A stretch of DNA of 63,539 nt, counting the filler, from Octopus bimaculoides (Eukaryota), in NCBI RefSeq assembly GCF_001194135.2. It is 4 parts of 4 records of this genome, joined end to end, with 100 filler letters (N's around TTAATTAATTAA, not from the genome) between each part and the next. Parts side by side here need not be neighbours in the genome. Positions count along the whole stretch, not along the records: positions 46,174 to 61,652 come from NC_068995.1; positions 61,753 to 63,539 come from NC_069000.1; 2 more parts are not named here. One strand, 5' to 3'. The position numbers were made by a program, and so were the translations under genes. Each line of letters starts with the position of its first letter. The first letter of the stretch is position 1. Below the pieces are notes generated by a model. It made no database searches. It was not told the DNA's origin and saw only the letters and a list, made by a program, of their open reading frames with translations. Below, in pieces: positions 51,730 to 62,452 of the stretch.

Positions 51730-54700
51730 TTATTTGTCATAATGAAAGAAAGCAAAAGATTGACGTCCAGGAATAATTCCAAAAACCATCAAAGAATTTT
51801 CTGAAACATCAAAACCAAGAACTTCAAAGACTTCATTATCATCATTCCTGAGGAGTAAATATTTTGCATTATCTTCAGATATCAGGATTTCATTATCTTC
51901 TGATATCAGGATTTCATTATCTTCAGATATCAGGATTTCATTATCTTCGGATGTTTCCTCTTCAATATGTCGAGGTATTTCGTAAATATTGTTTCTTATA
52001 TCTGTTATATAAACACATTCACCAATTATGGTTAAATGAGGTCTTGGAATATAATATTCCACAGCATAAAATTTTCTTCCTCCTATTCTTATCCTCCTCA
52101 CCAACAACTTTTCCCTGAACAATTCCACAACACACAAATTATTCCACTTTCCAGACTCCTTCTTCCTCTCCCTCCTCATAACAACAACATCACCAAAAGA
52201 TGTGACTCCCACATCATCCACCACGGAATCTCCCTCCAGTCTTCCATCTCTCCCCATCTCCCCCCTACATACTTCATCTTTACATTTCCCATCTTTGATA
52301 TCAACCACATCCACATGATAAGAGTCAAAGATGTCGGGGTCTTTGCAACAATAGTAATACTTGTTGTTCTTCCATATTCTTCGGTATTTCTCGTCTCTCT
52401 CTACTTGAGTTATGTCTCTAATATAATGACCACCACACACGAGTTGATTGTCGTTGTATTTATAAATCCTGTTGTAGTATTTCTCAGTTCTGATGGTTTT
52501 TAAACGATAGAGATCCCTGTCGAAGATCCTCATTTCTCTCCCAAAGGCAACAATGAAACATTCATCTGTCCACCGACATATGTCCAGTGGTGCTTCTTCT
52601 TGTTTTTCATGTTGAAGTATGTCCACTGTTGTTGTTGTTGTTGTTGTTGTTCTGAGTAATATGACACTTTCTCGAAACATCAACACACTCACATTCTCAT
52701 TTAACTTAATTAGTTTACTGTTCCAGTCCATAATGTCCCACAAATCATAATCAACAGGTTCCTCGAATGCAGGAATGGAAAGAGGGACCATTGCTGTTCT
52801 ATGTGGAAGTCGCCTCACTGATATTTCATCAATTCCTGAATTACTAATCTCCGCTATGTAATTACCACATCTCACCTTTAATCTACCTTTACCAATTATT
52901 TCACCTGATTTACCTCTTCTTCCTCCATCTTCATCTCCTCCTTTGTATTCCAATTTATTAATTAATTCATTACTGAATATTTCCTTGTTTGTCTGAGATG
53001 TAATGGAAGGGAAATGAAGACCAGAATCAAGATTTAATAACGACACAGATTCCAGAATGTTCACTTGGTCCCCATCAATCTTTATGCAATGACATTCAAT
53101 CAATTCAATATGTACACACCAGTAAATACCCCCCACTTTTCTCCATATTACACCATAAGGGATGAGACTTGTCCAAGCTTGAGATTTCTGCAAATCTTTT
53201 CCATTCAGTTGAAATATTTCTTTTCTTTTAGGAACCGTGGCTATTATGTGTGTTTCTTGTGTAAAACACACACCACCAACTAAACTTGCAACATTTCTGT
53301 GACATAGCAACTCCCCGTCTTTATCAAATATTTTAACATTTCCATTATTGGCTTTTTCACACACAACTGTCTTTCCTTCATCAGAAATATCAAAATCTTT
53401 TACTTGAACAGGAAATTCGTCTGTTTGCAAACGAGCAACCGGGAAGCTTTCTCGATTCACCATAAACAACCCTTCAACATACAATTCATTCCTTCTCTTC
53501 CTGGGGATTCCAACAAACCTTGGTCCTTTACACTTTATACTGAAGAAATTTACTTCAGCTTTATAAATTCTTCCATTTAAAAATATTCTGTTGTATTCCC
53601 CATTCTGGGTCAAACACAAAATGTTTTTATATCCAGATGAACCTAAACATTTCTCCCACCCACCATAAATGTACAAAAAACTGTCATCAATTGTCATCTT
53701 GTCACCACTAAAATCAAAATACTCCATGTAGTGTCTAACTGAATGTAAATAATGACCATCACTGTTGAAGAAAATGATGAATCTTTCATTTAAGACAATG
53801 ATGACATCTTCAGCAGTAACTTTAATATCCTTGATGTCATTATGATAATAATTTCCATCTCTGTCTCTCGTTATTAATGGTTCAGGTATGTCTATTTGTT
53901 TTATTTCCTTCACACTCGAATGTATTTCATCAATATCAGCAAAATACAAACTCCATCCATCTCCCCATTTATTACAAACCAGTTGATTGTTTGATAAAGG
54001 AGCCATACAATCATATTTATTTCTTGTTTGGTAAATTACCAACGACAATGGAAATTCCACTTTTAATGTCAACAGCTGGTATTTATTACCAGAATAATCC
54101 CAATTCGTAATGACCAGTGTGTTTGACTGCCATCGATACATTTTAATATAGTGATAAACATTCAATTTGATTGAATCCAAAAGTTGACCATCCAATGTGA
54201 ATATCTTAATCTTTCCATTCTCCTTGTCCCATCCTGCAATCAGATTATTTTCACTAATAACCAAATGATCAATCTCCACTGGTCTTTCGTCTCCCAAATG
54301 TTGAGGGAAAGGAATAGGTCTGGCTTTATCAGAAACTGTCAAATCCTGTAGATATAAAGCCGAAGACAACATTTCACTGACAGAAATGTTTCTAGAAAAT
54401 ACATCTACCAGGTCGATATAATAATTAAATTGATTGTTTGTAACGAGATCATTAACTAACAAATTATGATCATTTATAGCAAACATACGGCTGTTGTCTA
54501 TCAGATAAACAAATGTTTGGTCAATAGATCCACCGTAGAGATTATGGGGATGTTTCACATGGGACATTAAAACACTGGGGACCATCTGACAGTTGCCATG
54601 ACCACCACCACTAATGTACTTGAAGAAAGCTTTTGTTTTGGACTCTGAATCATTGGACATCATCTCAATACTACTAATACTACCATCATAACTACTAATA

Positions 54701-57600
54701 CTACCATCACTGCCATTACTCTGACGACGTGCACTGCCATGACCACCATGACCACCACCACTAATGTGCTTGAAGAAAGCTTCTGTTTCGAACTCTGAAT
54801 CACTGGACACCATCTCAATACTACTAATACTACCATCACTGCCACTACTCTGACGACGTGCACTGCCATGACCACCATGACCACCACCACCTATTCTAGT
54901 GTTGTACTGAAATGCTTTTCCACTAGTAACAAACATTTGGTCAATAGATACACCAGAGAGATTGGGGGGACATTTCACATGGGACATTAAAACACTGGGG
55001 ACCGTCTGACTGCTGCCATGACTACCACCACCTATTCTAGTGTTGTACTGAAATGCTTTTCCCCTAGTAACAATTAATAGCTTTTGTGTTTCCTTTTCTA
55101 TTGATAATGATTTCACAAAAAAAGGGATATTAATTCTATGAATTCTTTCAACTTGTTTATAATTTTTCTTAATGGCTAAAATATCTAAATGTGATGGTTT
55201 ATCGCAATAACAAATAATTTCACCTTCATCCATCTTACACACCCGTACATAAGGCTGCCTTAATGATACACTTCTCACTGTCTTTGATGGGTTTCCAATG
55301 ACCCTTAATTGTTTCTGTAGGGGTAATGTGACACCTATTTGATTAGAATCCCATCGACATATATCTGTAGCTGTAGATGGCAGAGATAATCTCGACACAA
55401 TGTCTCCTTCATTAGAAATGTATAACAAGCAATCATGGTTGATGTCGGACACCACCACCTGCCCATTCTCCAGATTACATATTTCGCCAATGACAAGTTT
55501 TTTGTCATTCTCCTTTTCTTTGAGTCGTATATTTAGATTTCTGATATAAGGGTTTTTCGTGTGCAAACAACAGCCAGACGACTGGTCTTGATACTTGTAA
55601 AGAAGGACCCTGTTGATTTGAGTGTCTGGTACATAAACAGTTCCTTGGAAAACAGCAATGTGAGGATGAACAGGGAAAGGCAGTTCCCACTGCCATTTCA
55701 TTTTTCCATATATATCATAACATATCAGAATAGAGTGTCTCTTGAAGAGGACATAAAAATAAACATTATCAGAGTAGATGTGATGAGGGTAGCCATAGAA
55801 TGGAAGGTATTTTTGAAAAAGTTCTTTACCACATGTGGAATAAAATACCATTTTATTTTCGCTTCCATCTATGACTACAAAATTAATTGGAGTTGCAGCA
55901 ATGGTGACAATATAATGTTCCAGAGAAATTCTTTCTGTAATGTCAACTCTATCTTCGTTGATCAATAGGATATGGACCTCATTTTTGTTTTCAGTGGTGG
56001 TCACAGCTAAACACTTATTTGATACAATATGACATATTTTCCTGTAATCAATTTGGACCTTTATTAAAGGGCCTTTTCTTAGTTCAGGACAGGTGATAAA
56101 CTGAAATCCTTTCATTTCACGATAAAATATCAGGAATCTGTTTGCGTTTATTCTACAACAGAAAGAAGGAAGCTCAAGGAAAACCAAATTATTTTGGCTA
56201 ACTATTTTCTCATTATCAGTGAATAATTTAGCTTTCTTGTTTTCGTAAATTATTAATATAGAAGATGTAGACATAGGTAGAATATTTGTAATGTAACAAT
56301 CCTCAATATAAATATTGTCTTTCAAACTGGGGGTATGTAGCTGGTGGTTGTATGACAGTTTGGGCCAAATGTCTTTATTTATTTGAATGGCATATGGTTT
56401 GCCAAAATAATCTGTCACCAAAATGGCATCTTTACCAACAGAAATAGAGCAGCATTTCCTGCCAATATCCCTCTTTGTCACACCACCTTTAGCTGAAATC
56501 CTGTAAATAATTTGTCCCTGGAGGATATAGAAATAGCTTTGGTACAGAGAGATTTTACTTGGGATGTGCAGAGAATGGGTCTCTACCTCCCATAACTGTT
56601 GGCCATCCATATTATAACAGATTATTCTGTTAATGCTGGAAAATGTAATTAAAAGTATGTTGTGGACTCCTACAGCAATATCTGTAGGTGTTTCTTTGGT
56701 AATGAATTGGTGCTTAATTATATTCTCTTCCCAATCCATTTGGTAAACAATTTTACCAAACATTTCTATACCTATAAGTGTAGAATGTTCCAAGTAACTC
56801 ACCATATGTAACCCCAACTCTATCCTTTTAATCTTGAAAGTTGTGGGGCTGATAATAAGAATGATTTTTTGGAAGGGGAGGGTTGCTAGAACCATGTCTT
56901 CACCGATTCTGGTGAAACTGGTGACAGAAGATGGACAATGAACATCATTTCTGTCACCGTCTCTTGTCACACAACATATTGTCATACAATGGCGGGAATA
57001 TGTTAGTACTCCCTCCTGTATTGCTATAATATTGGATATTGTGCTTTTGTCAAATTCTTCTCCAGATTCCTCAATCTTTGTTTCTCTGGTCACAACTGGG
57101 CAAAGAGGCCGAAATTTTGTGGTTACTTTTGGTGGTTCAGTGGTCTTGTGTTTGTATGGGTTACAGGTGACATAAATGTCAGAGAGTCTTTGTTGAAACC
57201 AATCAAGGTTTTGGTGAACAAAATCATTATTTTGTTTTGTAAATTCCAGAAATCTTTGCATTTTACGTTTGATTTTACGTAAAATACAAGATCCATCTAA
57301 ACCCATGGAGTCCATGTGATTACATTCAACTTTTACATAATCTATAAACATATTGATGTGGTCTGTTTTGATTATTGTTCGGTAACATGTCACAATATGA
57401 AGAAAATTTGGTAACATGGACATTTCCCATTCTTCAGATTTCTTTGTGTCTTTTGTTTCCTGTTCTTCTGTTTTCTTTGTGTTTTGTGTATATAATATTT
57501 GGGGAGGAAATGGTGCAGTTTCCTTATAAATTGATGTTGTATCACAGACTATGACAGGAATGAGACCCAAAATTTTGTTTTCTTCATTAATCTTCTCCAT
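51730..57600 (-). CDS. Uncharacterised 1956-aa single-exon protein with about 6 tandem degenerate NHL-like beta-propellers
   Basis: Uninterrupted 5871-nt frame in AT-rich DNA. ATG in AAAATGG context with an in-frame TAA 18 nt upstream. Recurrent blade motifs include PTDIAVG..LLIT...NRIICYNMDGQQL, ATDICRWDSNQIGVTLP, GKIKIFTLDGQLL, VKIFDKDGELL and PLDICRWTDECFIVAF. No obvious signal peptide or transmembrane segment. Confidence 0.9.
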   Translation of the reverse strand: MEKINEENKILGLIPVIVCDTTSIYKETAPFPPQILYTQNTKKTEEQETKDTKKSEEWEMSMLPNFLHIVTCYRTIIKTDHINMFIDYVKVECNHMDSMGLDGSCILRKIKRKMQRFLEFTKQNNDFVHQNLDWFQQRLSDIYVTCNPYKHKTTEPPKVTTKFRPLCPVVTRETKIEESGEEFDKSTISNIIAIQEGVLTYSRHCMTICCVTRDGDRNDVHCPSSVTSFTRIGEDMVLATLPFQKIILIISPTTFKIKRIELGLHMVSYLEHSTLIGIEMFGKIVYQMDWEENIIKHQFITKETPTDIAVGVHNILLITFSSINRIICYNMDGQQLWEVETHSLHIPSKISLYQSYFYILQGQIIYRISAKGGVTKRDIGRKCCSISVGKDAILVTDYFGKPYAIQINKDIWPKLSYNHQLHTPSLKDNIYIEDCYITNILPMSTSSILIIYENKKAKLFTDNEKIVSQNNLVFLELPSFCCRINANRFLIFYREMKGFQFITCPELRKGPLIKVQIDYRKICHIVSNKCLAVTTTENKNEVHILLINEDRVDITERISLEHYIVTIAATPINFVVIDGSENKMVFYSTCGKELFQKYLPFYGYPHHIYSDNVYFYVLFKRHSILICYDIYGKMKWQWELPFPVHPHIAVFQGTVYVPDTQINRVLLYKYQDQSSGCCLHTKNPYIRNLNIRLKEKENDKKLVIGEICNLENGQVVVSDINHDCLLYISNEGDIVSRLSLPSTATDICRWDSNQIGVTLPLQKQLRVIGNPSKTVRSVSLRQPYVRVCKMDEGEIICYCDKPSHLDILAIKKNYKQVERIHRINIPFFVKSLSIEKETQKLLIVTRGKAFQYNTRIGGGSHGSSQTVPSVLMSHVKCPPNLSGVSIDQMFVTSGKAFQYNTRIGGGGHGGHGSARRQSSGSDGSISSIEMVSSDSEFETEAFFKHISGGGHGGHGSARRQSNGSDGSISSYDGSISSIEMMSNDSESKTKAFFKYISGGGHGNCQMVPSVLMSHVKHPHNLYGGSIDQTFVYLIDNSRMFAINDHNLLVNDLVTNNQFNYYIDLVDVFSRNISVSEMLSSALYLQDLTVSDKARPIPFPQHLGDERPVEIDHLVISENNLIAGWDKENGKIKIFTLDGQLLDSIKLNVYHYIKMYRWQSNTLVITNWDYSGNKYQLLTLKVEFPLSLVIYQTRNKYDCMAPLSNNQLVCNKWGDGWSLYFADIDEIHSSVKEIKQIDIPEPLITRDRDGNYYHNDIKDIKVTAEDVIIVLNERFIIFFNSDGHYLHSVRHYMEYFDFSGDKMTIDDSFLYIYGGWEKCLGSSGYKNILCLTQNGEYNRIFLNGRIYKAEVNFFSIKCKGPRFVGIPRKRRNELYVEGLFMVNRESFPVARLQTDEFPVQVKDFDISDEGKTVVCEKANNGNVKIFDKDGELLCHRNVASLVGGVCFTQETHIIATVPKRKEIFQLNGKDLQKSQAWTSLIPYGVIWRKVGGIYWCVHIELIECHCIKIDGDQVNILESVSLLNLDSGLHFPSITSQTNKEIFSNELINKLEYKGGDEDGGRRGKSGEIIGKGRLKVRCGNYIAEISNSGIDEISVRRLPHRTAMVPLSIPAFEEPVDYDLWDIMDWNSKLIKLNENVSVLMFRESVILLRTTTTTTTTVDILQHEKQEEAPLDICRWTDECFIVAFGREMRIFDRDLYRLKTIRTEKYYNRIYKYNDNQLVCGGHYIRDITQVERDEKYRRIWKNNKYYYCCKDPDIFDSYHVDVVDIKDGKCKDEVCRGEMGRDGRLEGDSVVDDVGVTSFGDVVVMRRERKKESGKWNNLCVVELFREKLLVRRIRIGGRKFYAVEYYIPRPHLTIIGECVYITDIRNNIYEIPRHIEEETSEDNEILISEDNEILISEDNEILISEDNAKYLLLRNDDNEVFEVLGFDVSENSLMVFGIIPGRQSFAFFHYDK
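51867..51948 (-). repeat. Coding 24-bp tandem repeat (EDNEILIS)x3.4
   Basis: CATTATCTTCAGATATCAGGATTT at 51867, 51891 and 51915, plus a partial copy at 51939. Confidence 0.95.
54508..55071 (-). repeat. Coding nested tandem duplications (offsets 150, 129, 141 and 21 bp)
   Basis: The ATGACC/TACCACC anchor recurs at 54598, 54748, 54877 and 55018; the outer copies are offset by 420 bp. Confidence 0.9.
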
Positions 57601-57718
57601 TTTATGAATATAAAATTATTATCTTTTTCTGTTAAATATATTCTTTTCTCTTGATTTTGTTTTCTTCCTTTGGAATACAATTTATCTTGTCACAATTCAC
57701 TAATTTTTTACAGCAAAG
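57601..57718 (-). promoter_or_regulatory. 5' UTR part of the large exon, with splice acceptor
   Basis: TTTTCATTTTATTTCAG|C acceptor (AG at 57720-57719), implying at least one upstream non-coding exon. Confidence 0.65.
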
Positions 57719-57921
57719 CTGAAATAAAATGAAAACTTTATTAGTTTTGTGAAAAGTTTTTGATAAAATAATATTTACTTGATTCATTCAAACAATTTCA
57801 AAGAAAACACACATTTCATTAAATATATTAAACAAATCTTTTATTTGACAGTTAAGTTAAACATTTAAATTATTTTCAATGGTATAATCATTGAAGATAT
57901 AAATACACCATTATCTTTATT

Positions 57922-58135
57922 ATTTTCTATTCTAGGTACAAGGCCCCAAATTTTGGGGGAGGGGGCCCAGTCGATTAGATGGACCCCGGTACGCAACTGG
58001 TACTTAATTTATCGACCCCAAAAGTATGAAAGGCAAAGTCGACCTCAGCAGAATTTGAACTCAGAACGTAAAGACAGACGAAATACCGCTAAGCATTTCG
58101 TCCGGTGTGCTAACGTTTCTGCCAGCTTCCCGACT
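57922..58135 (-). mobile_element. Full-length SINE family A with 18-bp target-site duplication
   Basis: TACACCATTATCTTTATT occurs at 57904-57921 and 58136-58153, flanking a complete copy. Confidence 0.9.
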
Positions 58136-59443
58136 TACACCATTATCTTTATTGACTAAATATAAGTGATGAAGAAAAGTTTTGTAGTAAGACAGAATAT
58201 AAGTATTTTGTTGAGGTTATTTCTACAGATATTCAATGGAAATTATAGCCAGGACTGATTTCCTGCTACAACGTTTCATATTGAAATGTCAGATGGAAAC
58301 CATGAGATCAAAGACAAAAACATCTGTTGTTTGTTCTCATTGTTTACATCTGATGTCTCGATACGAAACGTTTTAGCAAAAAATCAGAGCCAGCTATAAT
58401 CTCTATAGAATTTTTATAGAATAATATGAAAAGAACTGCTAACGAAGTAGAATGTGGTGTTGACTTATAAAACGATTTAATATATTTTGCAGTAATTTAT
58501 GGTTGCATAATGAAATACCATGTTCCTACAAATCAGGAATAATAATTATATGCATTGCAAATGATGTGACAGTCATGGTTGGCTTGGTTTCCACCATATT
58601 TACCTGGATTAAGAGATATCAGTAAAGCTGGAAATGAAACTGTTCTTAACCTGACAAATGCTGTAAATCTCTCGACATTTCAATATAATCCACACAATTA
58701 CCATACACAACATTGATTAACTTGGAAAGCTTATCAAAAGATGGGCTTTCATATAATCACACTGATACACAACATGGTGAGAGGATCGTTATTATTTGTT
58801 CCTGATTGAGATAATAAAGATTGGTTAATGAATAAGCCTAATTAATGAAAGGTAGGTTCATCTAAATTATATTCAATATAAGGGACAATGTTTGGGTAGC
58901 AATGAGAAAGATGTGTTTGTATGAAAAAGGGGTTTGGCAGGTGACTGTTACTCTATTGACCCCAGGAGGAATGAAAAGTAAAAGCAACCTTCTTCAGGAT
59001 GTCAGCTCTTTGAATATACATGGACTAAACAACAACATATTTTTGGAAAAAGCTGGATAAGGCTATGTTGTTGTTATTGCTGTTGTTGTTGACAACAAAG
59101 TTTATAAAGACAAAACCAGATAATTGCAAATATTTCAACTGTAAAATTAAATTGGAATTAATGTTTATGTTTCACTTGTGCCATTCTACTTGGTTTATTT
59201 TGGGGAAGAAAAACCTACAAAAACTCTCATAATAATTTATATTAGACTTTAATCTAATTGTATATGTATTTATATACACATACATACATATATATGAAAG
59301 AATATGTATAATATATACACAAAGATGCACATATATATATTTATACATCCATACGTCCGTATGTATGTATGATCATCATCATTTTACCCCCACTTTCCAT
59401 GTTGATGTTATCATTTTGCCTCACAATTTTGTTAGCTCATCAC

Positions 59444-59499
<56 letters not shown>
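59444..59499. repeat. (AGT)n microsatellite, tail of the adjacent SINE
   Basis: Directly visible. Confidence 0.95.
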
Positions 59500-59650
59500 C
59501 CCTTTCTTACTATAGGAAGAAGGCCTGAAATTTGGCAAGAGGGGACTAGTCGATAACATCGACTCCAGTGCGTAACTGGTACTTATTGAATTGACCCCAA
59601 AAGGATGAAAGGCAGTCGACCTTGGTGGAATTTGAACTCAGAATGTAGCA
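59500..59650 (-). mobile_element. SINE family A fragment
   Basis: AACTGGTACTTATT..GACCCCAAAAGGATGAAAGGC-GTCGACC..GAATTTGAACTCAGAA. Confidence 0.75.
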
Positions 59651-60241
59651 GCAGATAAGTCATAATAATGATAATAATAACAACAACAATAATGATAATA
59701 ATAATAATGGTTTCAAATTTTAGTACAAGGCCAGCAAGTTCAGGGGAGAAGGTAAGTTGGCAAATTTTAAACTCTGAACGTAAAGACAAACAAATAGGAT
59801 TTTGTCTGGCGTGCTAACGATTCTGCCAACTCACCACCCACATACTAATGATAATTATAATTAATTCTGGTTTTATTGGCCACAAGGGCTAATATAAATT
59901 AAAAACATGTAAGGACAAAGACAGGACGAAGGTTACAAAAGGTTTTGTCCGAAAAGAAAACGTTCGTGTAAACAGTGAGGAAAACAGAGAAAGTGGAGTC
60001 ATTAGAATGGTATTTATACTGACACTTTGTGTTCTGGGTTCAAATTCTGGCAAGGTCAACTTTGACTTTTATTATGCAGGGGTCAATAATTTAAATACTA
60101 GTTTGAAGTGATGGTCTTATAGAATAAAATTCTGGACAAGATGCCTTGCAGTATGTATTGTGGTTCTTTGTGATCTGAGTTCCAATCCCATTGTGGCCAT
60201 CCTGGGTTGCAGACTTTAATCTATCACCTAATTTCACACCA

Positions 60242-60350
60242 TCAGCTGGCCCCTGAGCTGCTTTTAGCAGAGGATTTCTCTTTTGTGTGCATCCACATTA
60301 GGCTTCCTGTTTTGAGAATGTCTTTCTCCAACTCACCACTGTTGAAGACC
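60242..60350 (-). other. Candidate exon (14-nt micro-exon, or terminal coding exon VFNSGELEKDILKTGSLMWMHTKEKSSAKSSSGAS*)
   Basis: T-rich acceptor ending TTTTTCCAG| (AG at 60352-60351), internal GTG|GTGAGT donor at 60337/60336, and a 35-codon open frame to a TGA at 60242. Confidence 0.3.
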
Positions 60351-61176
60351 CTGGAAAAAAAACAGGGTCATATACAAGGCCCTTCTCCCTCGACTAAGCT
60401 TTTAAAAAAATAAGTTTACAAAGGACAATCAATTTATCTGCCATAAAATTAATTTACAAATTTTAAATTTCACTTGAGACTTAGAAATCTACTGTAAACT
60501 ACTTAAAATGATGTATCCTTAGATGAACACATCCATCAAACAGTTTTGACATAGTTATAACACAACTATACTTTATATTATATTCTGGAAATGAAATGTT
60601 TTACTTGTGATGTAACACTGTAAAATGTTTAAACAATGTCTAGTCTATAAAATGGTGTGTGAAAATAAAACTATATATAACAATTTTTTTCTGTTTGAAA
60701 TAAGTCTAATGAATGTTTAGCAACGTAAATGTGTTGGTAAATTGTGTGTTAAATAAATAAATATCAGAAGAATATTATTTACCAGAGTCAGTTATTGGGT
60801 CTTGATTTCGGCTTGAAGTCTTTCTATCTCAGAAATATTCTGTGAGTCTGCTTCGCTCGAATAGCAATGAAAATATGGCAACAGTTAAGAGGATACTTAT
60901 AATATATCAGTGAGTAGTAGGCATTGCCTCCTCATGTGTGTATATATAAATATATGTGTGTATACATCTATATGTATGTGTGTGTATATATATATATATA
61001 TATAGATATAGATATATAGATATACACATTTATACATAAATGTCGGTGTGTATATGTGTGTGTGTGTATACATCTATATGAATATATATATATATATGTA
61101 TATATACATATTTATACATAAATGTCTGTGTGTGAATACACACACACACACACACACACACACGTATATATGTATT

Positions 61177-61341
61177 GGCACAGGAGTGGCTGTGTGGTAA
61201 GTAGCTTGCTTTCCAACCATATGTTTCCAAGTTCAGTTCCACTGCATGGCATCTTGGGCAAGTGACTTGTACTAAAGTTTCGGGCCGGCCAAAACTTTGT
61301 GAGTAGATTTGGTAGACGGAAACTGAAAGAAACCCATCATG
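61177..61341 (+). mobile_element. tRNA-derived SINE family B
   Basis: GGCACAGGAGTGGCTGTGTGGTAAGTAGCTTGCT..GTTCAGTTCCACTGC..GGTAGACGGAAACTGAAAGAA. Confidence 0.8.
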
Positions 61342-61789
61342 TGTATATATATATATATATATATTATTTTATTTAAAAGAGTTCCAACTCTGTTTTTTAT
61401 GTTTTTTATTTATATTCTTGTAAAATTTATGTGGGATATAGAATATGGAATATATAATATATAATATAAAAAAAGATGGATGGTACAATGAAATGAAGTA
61501 TTGAATGTCTTATTGAATATATGGAATATGTCTTATTGAATATATGAAATATTGAGTGTTCAATATAAAGGATGAAATATATAAATATATAAAGGCGAAT
61601 ACGTATTTTCTATACCTTGTGGTATTTCATCATGGCCGGTATGACAGACTATNNNNNNNNNNNNNNNNNNNNNNNNNNNNNNNNNNNNNNNNNNNNTTAA
61701 TTAATTAANNNNNNNNNNNNNNNNNNNNNNNNNNNNNNNNNNNNNNNNNNNNGCTACACTGCTTGGCATTCGCGCCGGAAGCTCCAATA

Positions 61790-62452
61790 CGAACAGATGG
61801 TGAACACACAGAACAACCGTTGGCTTGCGGTGTCCCCAAAACATGTACCGAGAGTGATAAAAAATCAAACATCCAGTCAACATCATGGTGTTTGGAGTGA
61901 TCACTAGTGATGGCGACGTTATGCCTCCATTAATCATACTACACGGCCCCAGACTCAATTCGGAGGCCTACATCAAGTGCCTGGAGGAGGTAGTATTGCC
62001 CTTGGTCAAAAGGGTGGCTGCTGGTTACAGGACCCCGCCCCATGCCACATAAGCAAGAGAACCCAGTCATGGCTGTCAGACAATTTCTGCGACCACATCT
62101 GGCCACCTAACTCCCCTCCCCAGACTGCAACCCCCTTGATTATTATGTGCGGGGCGCAGTTGAGCGAGAGACCAACAAAACTCCTTGTAACACTTAAGAT
62201 GAACTGAAGGCAAAGATTATGGCAGCATTCGCCATCTTAAACAAGGAGACCGTCAAGAAGAGTTGTAGGAGATTCCGAAGTCATCTGGAGGCCGTGGTTG
62301 AAGCCAATGGCGATTTTATTGAATAAATTTACTCTTTAGTATTTCAAGATATTCTTATGAAATTTTGGTAAATATATCTATTAAAATGAAATGTCAGTGT
62401 TGTTTTCATTTTTGCATAATTTAGACAACAACAATGTATTCACCGCACCCTG
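61790..62452 (+). mobile_element. Defective Tc1/mariner (maT/DD37D-like) transposon, 3' part
   Basis: Reads QMVNTQNNRWLAVSPK..KIKHPVNIMVFGVITSDGDVMPP...WPPNSP/DCNPLDYYV...EAVVEANGDFIE* (stop 62326), with frameshifts and a deletion near the second Asp. Ends CACCGCACCCTG-TA. Confidence 0.85.

Noticed and set aside
51864-51950. Regularly spaced 24-bp repeats as a possible CRISPR-like array
   Set aside because: The units are contiguous with no unique spacers, lie inside a coding frame, and the genome is eukaryotic.
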